The notes beneath the pieces are model-generated. The model was not told the origin of the DNA. It saw nothing but the letters and a program-made list of their open reading frames with translations, and did not search any database. Below are positions 42,156 through 55,666 of a stretch of DNA of 64,000 nucleotides, in pieces. Position 1 is the first letter of the stretch. Each line of letters begins with the position of its first letter. The position numbers and the translations under genes were made by a program. Location: assembly GCA_964016885.1 (NCBI GenBank), contig OZ024742.1:153202001-153266000 (forward strand), in the 5' to 3' direction. The stretch is from Eledone cirrhosa (taxonomy: Eukaryota).

Positions 42156-43620
42156 GGGATATTCGAAAATTTCCAAAAATATAAGGATGCCCGAGACCTG
42201 TTATTGCTATAAATGTGCACAGTGTTCGTGCATATTTATAAGATGCTGATATAAGCATATACATTAATACGTCCGCTTTGCTATCACGCCATCCCGTACG
42301 TAATATTACTGCCCTCAACTTTATGCAAATCACTTCTACTAGATGCAAAACAAATTATACTTGTTATAGTATTATTCACCTAATCAATCACGCGGTTTAA
42401 CATCACTATTAGGGCTAAAAGTTATGAAACAAAGTCACCAATCTGCAGAGAACCCGTTGTTTTATTGCATTGCGTTCACATGAACAAATGAATCAAGTGA
42501 TTCATTCGGCCACGCCTCTCATCCTCGGTAGCCTAGCAAATTCGATACTACTTCGCGCATTTCATAAGGCCATAAAGAAAGTAAAATAATTATTGGAAAT
42601 ATTTAGTCAAACACATGAATATATGACTCAGCTGAGTATGGTTTTGAATTCAATGGGACTGCGTTACTTTTTATGGACACAAACACAAAAGCGATTGACT
42701 TCGGCACTGCAGGTTGGAAAAATTGTGATAAGGTTTACAGCACTGCCTGTATTTGGAGAGACTGACCATACTTTCTTGTGTCTTTTGTGCCTCCTCGGCG
42801 ATAATGATCACTTTCTACTTCATTTTTGCTTATTTTATGAGAGTACATCAAACATATTAATATGCAGCATCGTTCGCTGACGACATGAATCGATGTGTGT
42901 CGAGCGATTTCATGTAGCTCTGCATGCACGCCACTTTTCCTGCTTCTAGTATTATCGATTCAGGTTTGTCTCAATATTTTGAAGTCCTCACCAACTGTGA
43001 GGCTATCATCGTGAACCAAAGGAAACGATATTTTAAAACACTTACTGGCTTGATGTCGCTCATCTTCAATGTCATATTCAGCTATTGTTTGAACAACATT
43101 CTTTGTCCACCAACTAAATATTCAGCAGTGTGCAGAAACTTATGTTGGATGTTCCGGAGGTATCGCGCGTAACACAGGTATAATACGTATACCAGTAATG
43201 TCAGCGGATGCATGTAACATGTGAATTCAATTTTGTTGGAGCTAATGCCTAATTCCACCTGGGAACATGACTAAAATAATATCTTGTGTCACTGGATGTT
43301 AAGCACCCGTTCAAACAAAAGGAAATAAAAACTACATTATGCTATGGACGTCGAGATTATTATTTGGGAAATCATTTTTTCTGGAAAAAATACAGAAGCC
43401 TATCTGAAATAGATTTAGATATCCTCGTCGAATGTAGAGTTGTTTGAAAAAGGATGTTGCCTTAGCATTTATGGTAATGCTTTTTTGACGTTGTGCAGTA
43501 TATGTTTGTAGGAGAGAAACAGGGCAGTATTTATCTGTCGGGCGCATTGTTTCATAAGCTGCAACAGCTGCAGGGATGCTAGTCTGCAAAGCTTCTGGGT
43601 TGTGACCTACCAGTAATCAC
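42030..43620 (-). mobile_element. Possible ancient Helitron PIF1-helicase relic
   Basis: Decayed motif-like bits in expected order: MIASQLVRTS, LMYSHK, GGTK..GQSLQIQAV, IAITG..ILSRITL. Confidence 0.35.
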
Positions 43621-44369
43621 TGTAGCTGAATAATCTATATTAATGTGAATGAAACAGTGGCTTGCACGATTCTATTTTGAAATTAAACCACTTAGGGATT
43701 GTGGGAACGTAGTCGTGGCTACTCTCGCATATTTGTCCTTACGTAAAAGCGTGATTTTATTGAACACTACAAGAGCCACAATGTGACCTTGCTCCATTAC
43801 GTATTTTATAATAAATCACCAATATTTCTGCCAAACAAAACACATCCCACCTTCACACTCAATCTCCTACTGCCATTCCCAGACACACGAACACGTATAC
43901 ATACACGAACACACACATATAAATATAAATATACGCGATGATATTTTCTTTAATATCTGTACTCAAAATATCGTTGTTTCCAGTATAATTAAATGTTTAT
44001 CTGTGCATATATTTGTTATTTTATGATATTAACATCCATAAATCAATAAAAAGAATAATATCAGTTTGTATGCATCTAGATTTCATTAAATATTTAACCA
44101 ATTTTAATGTAGAACGATAAATATCAATACTTTATTTATTATTTGATTATGGATATATTAGACTTATTTTTTATGATTCCTTTTGATTCCCGGCGTTCGG
44201 TTCTTTAAGACCCCAAAAAACAACAACAACAAAAATAACACATTACTCGGGGCCAATATAAATTTAGGTATATAATAATTTTCTCCGGTGATGGTTGTGT
44301 TGAATACTTGAAATAGCAAAATATCCATAAGGATATTTAATTTGATATCAGTACATAGCAAGATATATG

Positions 44370-44515
44370 TGCAGAATCGGAGAAGCATGCCAATGCAGTA
44401 TTTGTTCCTTGCCTTCTGAGTTCAAACACTGGCGCAGTTCACTTTACCTTTTTATAGTGTCGATAGAATAAATTTCCAGTCAAGTACTTCCCCGAAATTT
44501 GCTGGCTTTTAGCCA
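44370..44515 (+). mobile_element. Degenerate SINE copy
   Basis: GCAGAATCGG..TTCTGAGTTCAAA..ACTTTACCTTT..GTCGATAGAATAAA..CCAGT..AATTTGCTGGC. Confidence 0.6.
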
Positions 44516-46309
44516 CCCTTTTCTCCTTCTCATTCTACTGTGAAACTAGAGCCCCTTGCCTTTCGGTTTCTTTTCCTTTTTTCCTTATACATTCTCTTAT
44601 TTTACATTCCATTCTTTCTTCTCAATCTATTTTTTCTTTTTCTATTAAATTGTTTTTACTATTATAAACATCAATTTAATACTGTAAATAAAAACACTAT
44701 ATAGTATTTAGAAAATAACATTAGTGCATATAAAAATATTACTCTATACATTTAGATCAAAATACCAATATATACTTTAATTGTTTTCAATATAGAAATA
44801 ATAATAAAAGTTGGAAACAAAAGGAAAGAAAGAATAGGGAACAGTCCCTCAACTGGGCTGTCTTGGGGCAAACTGTTTTTCTCCATGCATTTTCTTCATT
44901 CAGTAATATTTCACAAGGCACCCGTGCTGCCGAGCTCCTTCGCAAGATCGGAGCATCGGGGGCCCGTCTGAGGATGGAGTCACGCGCATGGATGGCTGTT
45001 GCAGCGCGTGCCACTCTCCATCGTCCGGAGGAATGCTTGCCGTCTTGTCAGCGGGGCCCAGCACTTCTGCCATATTGCCCTAGGCCCAAAGCCCAAACCC
45101 CTCCACATTCAGCCTCCCTTCTTATATGTGACACCAGAGTTCTTGCCATCCCCTCCCCTTCCCGTTCTTTTTGTTCTTTCTTTCTCTCTTTTTTTTTCTA
45201 TATTTCCCTTTTCTTTCTTTTCTTTTGCACCCCCCCCCCCTTTATTATTATTCCTATATTAAAAATAAAAATTTCATTTATTCTTTAAATATTCCTACCA
45301 CAAGTGACATTATATTTCAAATGTTCACGTGACATTATCATTGAAATGTTAATAACATATAACGCTGTATACAATCTCACGTAAATCTAGTGGATTCAAT
45401 GTTGGACTCAGAATCGTAGCTCGACAGGCTAAATATCGAATGTTGACAAACTACCGGCTGTTCTCCGATAAGTTTCGTGTAGAACCAATAATAATGAAAA
45501 TGCCTGCTGTCCTCGGTCTCTAACCAAATCATTAATCACTAGTAGACTGCCGTTTCAGCGCATGACACTTGCCCTTTTTTGCCACAACGCATTCGCCTTT
45601 ATGTCCACAAGGAACATGAAGGAATCAGTTAACAAAGCATATTACATACACAAATCTATTTATATTATAGAGCTCTTTTAATTAAGTATCAAACAATAGT
45701 GGAATATGGTTTCACTTTGTTTAATATGAGAGTAGATTTGTCCGATATATTTTAACACTAGGATCGTTCTCATGACTAATCCGATAACTTTGTGCTATCT
45801 TATACAATACAGATGTCTTAAACACTACTGCTTCTCTATCTATATTTCTTCACTGCTGTGTAATATAATGGAATCTAAAGCCACCCAGCCAGTAATTGTG
45901 ATACTTAAACAAAATTGATGATACGTATAACCATAAAAGTCTAGAAACGTTTTGCTTATATCTGAATATTGAAAGTGCATAAATGGTCGAACAGCCGTCA
46001 GACTTGTAGATTGCCGGTGATGAAGATAGTTTCGTATTTTCTATTTATTGTAATAAGATTCAGTTTGTGTTGTACTATATGATGTATCCTATTGCACAGG
46101 CTTTCATAAAATTTGCTATGAAATTAGTATTCATTTGTGCGATTTCTTTTTATCGAAAAGAGTTCCGCCGTCTGTACATATTATGTAGTAGTTCAGTTAA
46201 TATTTTATCATTATAGCTATTTTTGACTGGCCACATTTATCCTATGACATATTACCATTTTTGAAGAAAATCAGAAGGCTCGTCTAAGAAGGAAATAATT
46301 TTATTGTTG

Positions 46310-46340
<31 letters not shown>

Positions 46341-46684
46341 TGTTGTTGTTGTTGTTGTTCTTCTTTTTTTTTATAACTGATAAATGTCTAATACACACAC
46401 ATACACACAGACATATATATATATATACACGCACAGGAATATTAGGCTGGTATATCTGCTTGTCGCTTAAAAATTGCCTGACTTTTTGAAGTTCTAAAAA
46501 TACATAATCGTGGTTATTATATTTTTTAGGAAGCGAATCCTTAAAAGCTTGGCAATTTGCATGTAATGTTTCCGTACCTTTCATCTTACCGCCGTAATAC
46601 ACTTTATCATATTTCCAAAAGTATAGACACATAACCGTGAATTTATTTAGTTATCTATAAACGTAAACATACATTTACAAACAC

Positions 46685-46775
46685 ATATATATATATATAT
46701 CTGCCTGTGTATATATATATATTTATGTGTGTGTGTGTGTATATGTATATATATATATGTGTGTGTGTGTGTATG

Positions 46776-46831
<56 letters not shown>

Positions 46832-46839
46832 TATGTATG

Positions 46840-46870
<31 letters not shown>

Positions 46871-46934
46871 ATACATATATATATATATACATATATGTAT
46901 ACATGTATATATATATATGTATATATATATATAC

Positions 46935-46966
<32 letters not shown>

Positions 46967-46971
46967 ATAAG

Positions 46972-47017
<46 letters not shown>

Positions 47018-47050
47018 TATATATATTTATATATGTATATATATATAACT
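46685..47050. repeat. Compound (TA)n/(TG)n/(CA)n microsatellite, representative of many such tracts
   Basis: Direct inspection; similar tracts at 737-786, 10185-10316, 13330-13500, 21180-21566, 31862-32110, 37915-38098, 51140-51225, 52460-52640. Confidence 0.97.
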
Positions 47051-47705
47051 ACATATTTATACTTACATATGTATGGGAGTATGTATGCGTTTATATCTGT
47101 CAATCTATGAATTTCCCTCTAATATCTCTGTCTCTTTCACTATATATATTGAAAGAGTGAGGGAGTGAGAGAGGGACAGAGAGAGAGAGAGAAAGAGAGT
47201 GAGTGAGAGAGAGAGAGAGAAATAGGTGTATATAGTATAATATTTCTGTTTATATTTTTGTGCGTATGTTTGTTTATCTCAGTATGCGTTTCAATATATT
47301 AGGTTATCTCAATATTTTGATATCAAGCAGAGTTATCAAATCTATACATACATCTATGTAGTGCCAACATTATTCTCTAATATCCAAACTCATCCTTTTC
47401 CTATGCACACCTTCGTTTTCTCTCTGTAATTCACTCCATATCAAGTTTTCCCTATCTTTAATTTGTTTTAAAATATCTGTATCCTTATCAATGTGATATC
47501 AAATCATACCCATGCATCTACATCTTTAGCTAAATGTATCCGTACTGTATATATCACTGTATTCACTATCAACGTTTATATATCAACACCATTATCTTTT
47601 CGTATATATATATATATATATACACACACGCACACATATATATATATATATGTGTGTGTGTGTGTATATATATACATATATATATATATATGTGTGTGTG
47701 TGTTT

Positions 47706-47744
<39 letters not shown>

Positions 47745-47757
47745 GTATAATAAACAA

Positions 47758-47840
47758 TACCATATAATTACCTCATTATCAGAGGTTTCCCGAATAAGAC
47801 GAATACAAGAAACGTCCTCATTCGTTCGTCAGACAAGGCA
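47758..47840 (-). ncRNA. Hammerhead with full stem III, weak stem I
   Basis: Revcomp CTGACGA-A CGAATGAGGACG..CGTCTTATTCG G-GAAA-CCTC TGATAAT GAGG-TA; ~1.4 kb downstream of the minus-strand Naiad at 49190-49626. Confidence 0.65.
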
Positions 47841-48470
47841 ATTCAAAACAATGTGAAATATTTGAAAAATCTCTTCAAAAAAGGCAAAAGTTTAACGGGC
47901 AAAAAGGAAAAAAAAAAAATAAGTAATGCAAGAGATATATCAAAATAAAATAAGGAAAAATAGTAAGGGTGTGTGTATAAATGTGTGTATATGCACCTAC
48001 AAATGTACATATGTGTGTATGTACAAATGCATGTGTATAGTGAAAAAATGTGTGCGTCAGTACATGCATGAGTGCAAGCATATCAGTGTATGTGTGACCA
48101 AAATACGTATATAATATATGTTGAAAAAAGAAATTGTAAGATAATTGAGTTAACGTACATAGAGACTCAGGGACTAAGGATTGAAATGTATACACATAAA
48201 ATTATGAAAGCACGCGTATAAACACACACACACGCGCAACCACATGCATGCAAGTGATATATAGAGGGAAGGGAGTGTATCAGTCAAAGCAGTGTCAGGC
48301 TGAAGGTCGATATATATATAAAAATTATAAAATATGAAAATGAAAATGAAAAAAATATGAGAATAAAAAAATTAAATCAAAGAGAAAGTAAGAGGGAGGG
48401 GGTTATCAATTATAAAGTAACACTAGAAAAAAAAAAAAAAACATACATAGGTTCGTACATACTGACATAT

Positions 48471-48503
<33 letters not shown>

Positions 48504-48639
48504 AACACGTACAGACAAAAGCACATACATGCGTACATACATACAAAAGCGTGGATACATACACACGAATCACATATATATACATACATGTACATCTAAT
48601 CATACGCACGCACGCGACCATACACACACATACACACAT

Positions 48640-48680
<41 letters not shown>

Positions 48681-49189
48681 CTCAAACACACACATATACA
48701 TAAGTATGTAAAAAACATACATATAAAAACACACATACACACACACGTATACACATACACGCGCACATACGAATGCATTCGTACACATATACAGACACGT
48801 ATACACACACATGCACATTCACACGCATAGATACAATATAAAAACCACCCGTATGAATAAATGAGTACAAATTGTACGCAAGTAAACATACATGAAAGCG
48901 GGAAAACATAATATATCTGGTGTTGAAAACGCAAGTGACATGTGTATCAGGTAGTGAAAGGAAAAGGGGAAGTAAAATACGTAAAATTGTGAAGATATAA
49001 AGTAAATGAATCAACAAGCAGGGCGCGAGGGGTGGGGTGGGTGGGGGGCATCACTGGTGGATGTGAGGCAAAAATAAACTTAAAAATAAAAATAAAAGTA
49101 AATCAGAAAGAATAGTCTGTAAAGAGGGTAATTTAAGGAAAGTGAAGAACAAGAGTTTATGGAGGATAAGTATCTAAAAGTGAGTTAAG

Positions 49190-49626
49190 TTTATATGCGC
49201 TGGAAAGCAAGTGTGATTTCATGTGTGGGCAACTGGTTAAAGTATCTGTATTTGCATTAGGCAGGTTTTTGGTGATTTTAGTTCCTGTAAAATACAATAA
49301 TTTTCACTTATGCAGAGTGCGCATCTTCTTGTTCCTCTTGCATAATCTTTAGATTGGTTCAAAATTGACCAATCTAATTTATATTGTATACCTTGGTCTT
49401 TCAAATCCCATATTCTGCTAGCCAGAACTGTTGTAAATCTTTTTTCAGGATGTCGGAAAGAGCGACATGTGAGTAATAACGCGTTTTGAATTTGTCTTGT
49501 GTCATACCCACATATCGTTCGCTGGTGGCTGGTAGGTTGTTGCTGTTGGTTGTCACTTTAGCCGCATATACAATGGCTTTTGTGTTGCATTTACCTTGTA
49601 ATGGGCATTCACTTTTGACTCTACAG
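49190..49626 (-). pseudogene. Naiad PLE GIY-YIG relic
   Basis: CRVKSECPLQGKCNTKAIVY...YVGMTQDKFKTRYYSH; IWDLKDQG; RRCALCISE; CPH. Confidence 0.85.
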
Positions 49627-49812
49627 GAGACACATCAGGGCCGGGACCTTCCTCAAGATATATGGACAGTAGCAACACAATAAGATGTGAACTCCCCTCA
49701 AGCTATAGGGACTTCTACAGAACATGTAGACACCTCCCGGCCAAACCTCCTTCAAGCTATATGGGCAGTAACAACACCATAGGTTGGGAACTCCCCTCAA
49801 GCCATAGGGACC
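49621..49812. repeat. Tandem duplication of ~95-100 bp
   Basis: tcaag.tatatgg.cagta.caacac.ata.g.tg.gaactcccctcaagc.ataggg twice. Confidence 0.75.
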
Positions 49813-50829
49813 AACCCATGGCTGAGCAGACACCATGATGGCCTTGAGATTGATTCTGACACAACCTTTATAATTTGGCCAACATCTTTCTAACACACAC
49901 ACATTTTAATTTACCTGATTTTTGATTTTTCAATTTTGATTTCTCATTATTCATTTGTTATATTTTTTCTGTTTTCTTCACTTTATCACCTTATATTTAT
50001 ATTTAAGTTGAGATTGGTTATAACACACACACATTTTATTTGCTTATCCTATTTTGTTTTATTCTTTTATCATCTTGTTCCTCCAACCAATCTATGCAAC
50101 ATATTTCTGACCTTGAGATTGGTTATAGCACACACACATTTTATCTTATTTTATTCGAATCTTATTTTACTTTTCACTTTTCATTTTCATTTTTCATTTT
50201 CCATATTCACTTTTCATTACTTTTTCATTACCTTTTCATTAATTTTTCATTTATTCTCTATCTATTATTTATTTTCTGTTTATTTCATTTTATTGCCTTC
50301 TATTTCTACATATACATGGCAGACCCCCCCTCCCCCCACACCACCACCACCCACAACCACCAATACGGGAGATAGTGTAGAAACACACACACAGATACTT
50401 CGAAATTGTCAGCAGCAGCAAGACATAAGCTGACCACAACACCAACAACACTACCAAGCTAAGGGTAGAGGTCTGATGAACTTAACAATAGCAAATACAA
50501 ACACTACAGGGAGCCTCACCCCAGAAAGAATTTCTATAGACTTTGGACTGAGGAATGCTCTCAAACCTGAACAATGGGAAGTTTGACCTTACAAATCTTT
50601 AAAACATTGAGATGGGTATAACACTCACATTTTATTCGATTATTTTATTTTGTTCCTTTACCATTTTATTCCTTCTACCACTTTATCACATTTTTTTGAG
50701 CTGACTCCAACAATAACACCACTCCCAACACAAGAATAGAGGTCAGATGTACCTAACAATAACACCGAAATATATATAGCAGTAATACACGAAGCCAAAT
50801 TTTAAAAATTTGACTTATTTATTTTATTT

Positions 50830-50881
<52 letters not shown>

Positions 50882-50954
50882 GTGTATAAGATGGCTGTCA
50901 CCGAAACATATATAGCAGTAATAAACGAATATATATATATATATATTCGTTTAT

Positions 50955-51011
50955 TACTGCTATATATATTTCGGTGACAGCCATCTTTGGCTGTGACCTC
51001 TTCAGGCAGTA
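50955..51011 (-). ncRNA. Type I hammerhead ribozyme, intact
   Basis: Revcomp TACTGC-CTGAAGA-GGTCACAGCCA AAGA TGGCTGTCACC-GAAA-TATATA-TA-GCAGTA. Confidence 0.92.
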
Positions 51012-51136
51012 CGAATTCGTGTGGTATAGACAAGTACATATGTTGTTGAGGTGTATAATTTTGTCAATACTCTGATATGCCCAGTTCCTGGTTGGGTTGT
51101 TATTTCACTGAGGAACTGGAATAATATATATATATG

Positions 51137-51229
<93 letters not shown>

Positions 51230-51272
51230 CACCTCAAAAACATATGTACCTGCCTATACCACACTAATTCGG

Positions 51273-51327
51273 ACTGCCTTAAGAGGTCACAGGCAAAGAT
51301 GGCTGTCACCGAAATATATATAGCAGT
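51273..51327 (+). ncRNA. Hammerhead copy with core mutation (CTTAAGA)
   Basis: Same fold as 50955; G5->T. Confidence 0.75.
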
Positions 51328-51452
51328 AGTAAACGAAGCTAAATTTTAAACATTTGACTTATTTATTTTACTTTGTTTTATATATATATATATATATATA
51401 TAAAATAAAGTAAAATAAATAAGTCGAATGTTTAAAATTTAGCTTCGTTTAT

Positions 51453-51507
51453 TACTGCCATATATATTTCGGTGACATCCATCTTTGGCTGTGACCTCTT
51501 CAGGCTG
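51453..51507 (-). ncRNA. Hammerhead copy with non-cleavable site (H17=G)
   Basis: GAAA-TATATA-TG-GCAGT; stem I 5' strand altered. Confidence 0.7.
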
Positions 51508-51636
51508 ACCGAATTAGTGTGGTATAGACAAGTACATATGTTGTTGAGGTGTATAATTTTGTCAATACTCTGACATGCCCAGTTCCTGGTTGGGCTGTTA
51601 TTTCCCTGAGGAACTGGAATCATATTTATATATATG

Positions 51637-51671
<35 letters not shown>

Positions 51672-51709
51672 ATTAAATAAATGGAAAACTATATTTATAA
51701 AACCATATT

Positions 51710-51775
51710 TATTTCATTATATATATTTCGGGGATATCATATTAACAATATGTTATGCCTTCATCAGAAAAAATA
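51710..51775 (-). ncRNA. Hammerhead, same family as 10075
   Basis: Reverse complement of 51933-51998, two changes in the stem I 5' strand region. Confidence 0.8.
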
Positions 51776-51932
51776 CAATATAAACAGTTTTATAGATAAA
51801 TATATTCGACATACCGTAATAAACATCAACTTCATTTGAAGAGGTTTACTCTAGCAGAGTAAACCTCTTCAAATGAAGTTGATGTTTATTACGGTATGTC
51901 GAATATATTTATCTATAAAACTGTTTATATTG

Positions 51933-51998
51933 TATTTTGTCTGATGAAGGCATAACATATTGTTAATATGATATCCCCGAAATATATATAATGAAATA
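51933..51998 (+). ncRNA. Type I hammerhead ribozyme, intact
   Basis: TATTTTGT-CTGATGA-AGGCATAACATATTGTTAATATGATATCCCC-GAAA-TATATA-TA-ATGAAATA. Confidence 0.9.
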
Positions 51999-52126
51999 AA
52001 TATGGTTTTATAAATATAGTTTTCCATTTATTTAATATTGTAAATATACTCCAAATATTTGTCGAGTGCTTTTATATCAGTTATAAATATTTACTAGTTG
52101 TAACCCAACAATTTTAAATATAACAT

Positions 52127-52168
<42 letters not shown>

Positions 52169-52366
52169 AAGTTATATTTAAAATTGTTGGGTTACAACTA
52201 GTAAATATTTATAACTGATATAAAAGCACTCGACAAATACTTGGAGTATATTTACAATATTACAATATTAATGATGAAGGCATAGCATATTGTTAATATG
52301 ATATCCCCGAAATATATATAATGAAATAGATATGGTTTTATAAATATAGTTTTCCATTTATTTAAT

Positions 52367-52417
<51 letters not shown>

Positions 52418-52453
52418 AGAGAGAATGTGACAGGGTGCAAACAAAATATATGA

Positions 52454-52570
<117 letters not shown>

Positions 52571-52598
52571 TTTATTTCGTTCCCTGTCACATTATTCT

Positions 52599-52646
<48 letters not shown>

Positions 52647-53228
52647 AAGAGAATGTGACAAGGAACGAAATAGATATATGTATATATGTATATATATATA
52701 TACATATATACATATATACATATACGTGTGTGCTTTCCTGCATGTGTGTGTAAGAGAGTGTGTGTGTTTGTGCACATACCTATCTACTTACCTACTTGAC
52801 AACCTATCTATCAATCTATCAGTATTTTTAAAAATATATGATTATTTATCAATACATTGATCGATCGATTGAACAATTGATGGTTCGATAGAGAGCGCTA
52901 CACATATATGATTATTGGCTTCCTGTCAGCAGAATTTAGACATCTTTCGCTGAACACAAAGCCTGGATGTAAATCCTGATTTGGCTGTTTACCAAAATTT
53001 CCTTTACTTCTCATTATTACAGTGAAACGTATGCATTTATAATGCCTCTCAGAACTTTAGTTAAAGGAGCCGACAGAGATAAGAATTTCTCATTAAATGC
53101 ATAACTGAATTTTACCCAAAATGTTTAGTGTGCGTGTATGAATGTATATATTTATGTATGTACGTATGTATATGTGTATGCGTGTATGTATGAATAAATG
53201 TATGAATGCATGTATGTATATGTATATT

Positions 53229-53315
<87 letters not shown>

Positions 53316-53560
53316 AGAGGTTATATTTAATTTGTTGGGATTCAACACGCTTAAAAATTGTTATAAGTGTTTAGTTTAATTAATTGCTTAGTTTAAATAA
53401 ACCGTTATCTTTTCAACCTTTCGGACACTCATTTGCATACTCACTCATAACTTTGTATCACCCTCAATAAATGTACTATCTCCACTATCCAGGAAGCTCC
53501 AACCGTTAAGGTTGTCTTTTTTTTCCGGGTATGTCAATATTTATTTATAAATCAAATCTG

Positions 53561-53626
53561 TATTTTAACTGATGAAAGCGCACCATAATTTGCCTTGGTT
53601 GCCCTTGAAATATGTATAATAAAATA
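53561..53626 (+). ncRNA. Type I hammerhead in a ~340-bp unit between microsatellites
   Basis: TATTTTAA-CTGATGA-AAGCGCACCA..TGGTTGCCCTT-GAAA-TATGTA-TA-ATAAAATA; downstream tail resembles that of the 10075 family. Confidence 0.8.
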
Positions 53627-54509
53627 AATATGGTTTTATAAATATAGTTTCCATTTATTAATATATTGTATATATATATATATATTTTTATTTATTTATT
53701 TATCCAAAATCCAGATCCTTTTCCTTCCTATTGGAGCAACGCCGCCCTGTGTAACCTCCACCGCTACCTATTTCTGGCCATATTGGTCTATGTGGAGCAG
53801 AGGTATGATTATATATATATATATATATATGTTAAGAGGACATGTTTGAAAATAGCATATTTCCTACTTGACCCACATATGAATTAAACCACCAAAACCT
53901 CTTCATGATCTTAAGTAAAACATAAACTATTTTAAATCTAACTTGGTACGTTGAGTGAGAATATAAGTATGCCATAATTGGTGGTGGAGAATATATTCAG
54001 AAACATTAAGCTATATGTGTTGAAAATATTTTGATGTATAATTTTATTTTACAATATGGCAGCTATCGAGCTTGTTTATTCATCTGTAAAGCCCCTAAAA
54101 ACTTAAAACTGTTTCTTCAATGTTACCTCAAATCCCGAGAATGTGCTCCAATATCGCCGCAGCAAAGATACGGGCTTGGGTATTTTGGCTAAGGGCTCTC
54201 TGGCATGCAAAATCAAAGGCGCTGCCTACTTCGTTGTCCCAGCTGACAGACTGGAGCAAGCGTCTCACGGGAGGATTGCAGGGGTGACACGTTGGAGTTA
54301 TCATTCCAAATTGCAAGGCCCGGCCATTTCTAGCTAGATAGGTCAGGGAAGTGATTAGAAAATAAATTAATAGTAGAGCAACCAATATTTCGAGATGTAA
54401 CAATTATTAAAGAAAAAATATCTTCTTTCAATATACCCCGTGCTTTTTGTCATTTCAATTTTTGCCTACAATGTTTGATTTGTATGGAGCATTACCTCTT
54501 TTTTACATA

Positions 54510-54552
<43 letters not shown>

Positions 54553-54849
54553 TCTAAAGCGAAGTTGTCGCAGCAGTATAGCAAATCTCCATATATATAT
54601 ACACACATAACATATAAATAAATAAATAAATATATATATAAATATATATAGATACCTAAATATACCTATATTTATATATATGTATATACATATCTACATG
54701 CACTTACACACACACTAACATACCCCCCCCCACACACATATAATATATATATATATATAAAGTATTTCCTATTTCCCACTTAACTACCCTAAGTATTGAG
54801 TACTCTGGTGCGTTATGGTCCATCCGGTTCCTTACCACAATTCCTTTGT

Positions 54850-54879
<30 letters not shown>

Positions 54880-54881
<2 letters not shown>

Positions 54882-55628
54882 TAAAAGGAAAAGAAACTGC
54901 TGACAAATTGGTCCCAGTGAAAAAATAGTTTAATTAGGAATAAGTAAAAATTAGTAATAAGTATTGGTTAGTATTCAGTTTTAGTTTTAAGTTTTTACCC
55001 GTTGCGCATTTCTAGTGCTTTTTAAAAATAATTTTGAGATAGAGCACCCGTGATGTTTGCTTTAATCTGATTAGTTTTGGAAATTCTACCTGTTTTATGT
55101 GGAAGGGAGTGGCTCCAAGGGTATTAAAATACGTTTCGTGCCAATTCGTGTTGCAAACATTCTTGTGGTCAAAACAATTTTGTTTGGTCGGTAGTGGTCA
55201 CGTGAATGTTAAAAATTGATTTTGCGCCAAATGTAGGTTTGTCGAAGAGCGTCCTTTTTCGCCTGATTGAGAAGTCACTGAAAAATAAGTCTTTTAAGAC
55301 AAATATGTGTGTGTGTGTGTAGTAAAGAGGTTCATTGTTGTGATAATGGTCAGTAGGGATGTGTGTGTGAATTGTAGTCATGTTGAAAGATCAACAGTTC
55401 AGGTGCCTATTAGACAAATATGTGTGTGTGTGTGTGTGTGTGTGTGTAGCAGAGAAATTCGTGGTAGAGAGATCGGTCAGTAGGAATGTGTCTGTACGTG
55501 TGTGGGGACTATTTTAACATGTTGAAAGATATATTTCAGCTCTTGTCTTATACTGAGAAGTGTGTGTGTGTGTATATGTCTCTTTGTATGTTAATGTACG
55601 CGTGTGTATGTGTGTGTGTATATATATA

Positions 55629-55666
<38 letters not shown>

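Larger units (their letters stand above)
50763..51625. mobile_element. Array of five HHR-bearing pLTR-like units in mixed orientation separated by (TA)n
   Basis: Partial + copies at 50763 and 50888; - copy ~50946-51125; + copy ~51228-51380; - copy ~51402-51625. Confidence 0.88.
51666..52372. mobile_element. ORF-less palindromic derivative of the 3619-10184 PLE 3' end, three HHR copies
   Basis: 187-bp arms 51666-51852/51856-52042, 3-nt loop; inverted tail pair ~52034-52133/52162-52261; 5'-clipped third HHR 52272-52328; near-identical to 3619-3897. Confidence 0.93.

Noticed and set aside
44863-45288. 141-aa ORF in a GC-rich patch
   Set aside because: No recognisable domain; runs into low complexity; more likely a decayed LINE 3' end
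50467-50542. CTGATGA...GAAA
   Set aside because: No stem II or stem I pairing
53715-53802. Apparent host exon (ccag|...AG|gtatga)
   Set aside because: Reverse strand resembles an RTE 3' end (ARNR*RWR); no neighbouring exons; RNA-seq would decide
55121-55172. HHR expected in the 54880-56834 PLE arms
   Set aside because: Only a GAAAC half is visible; first core half unrecognisable in both arms
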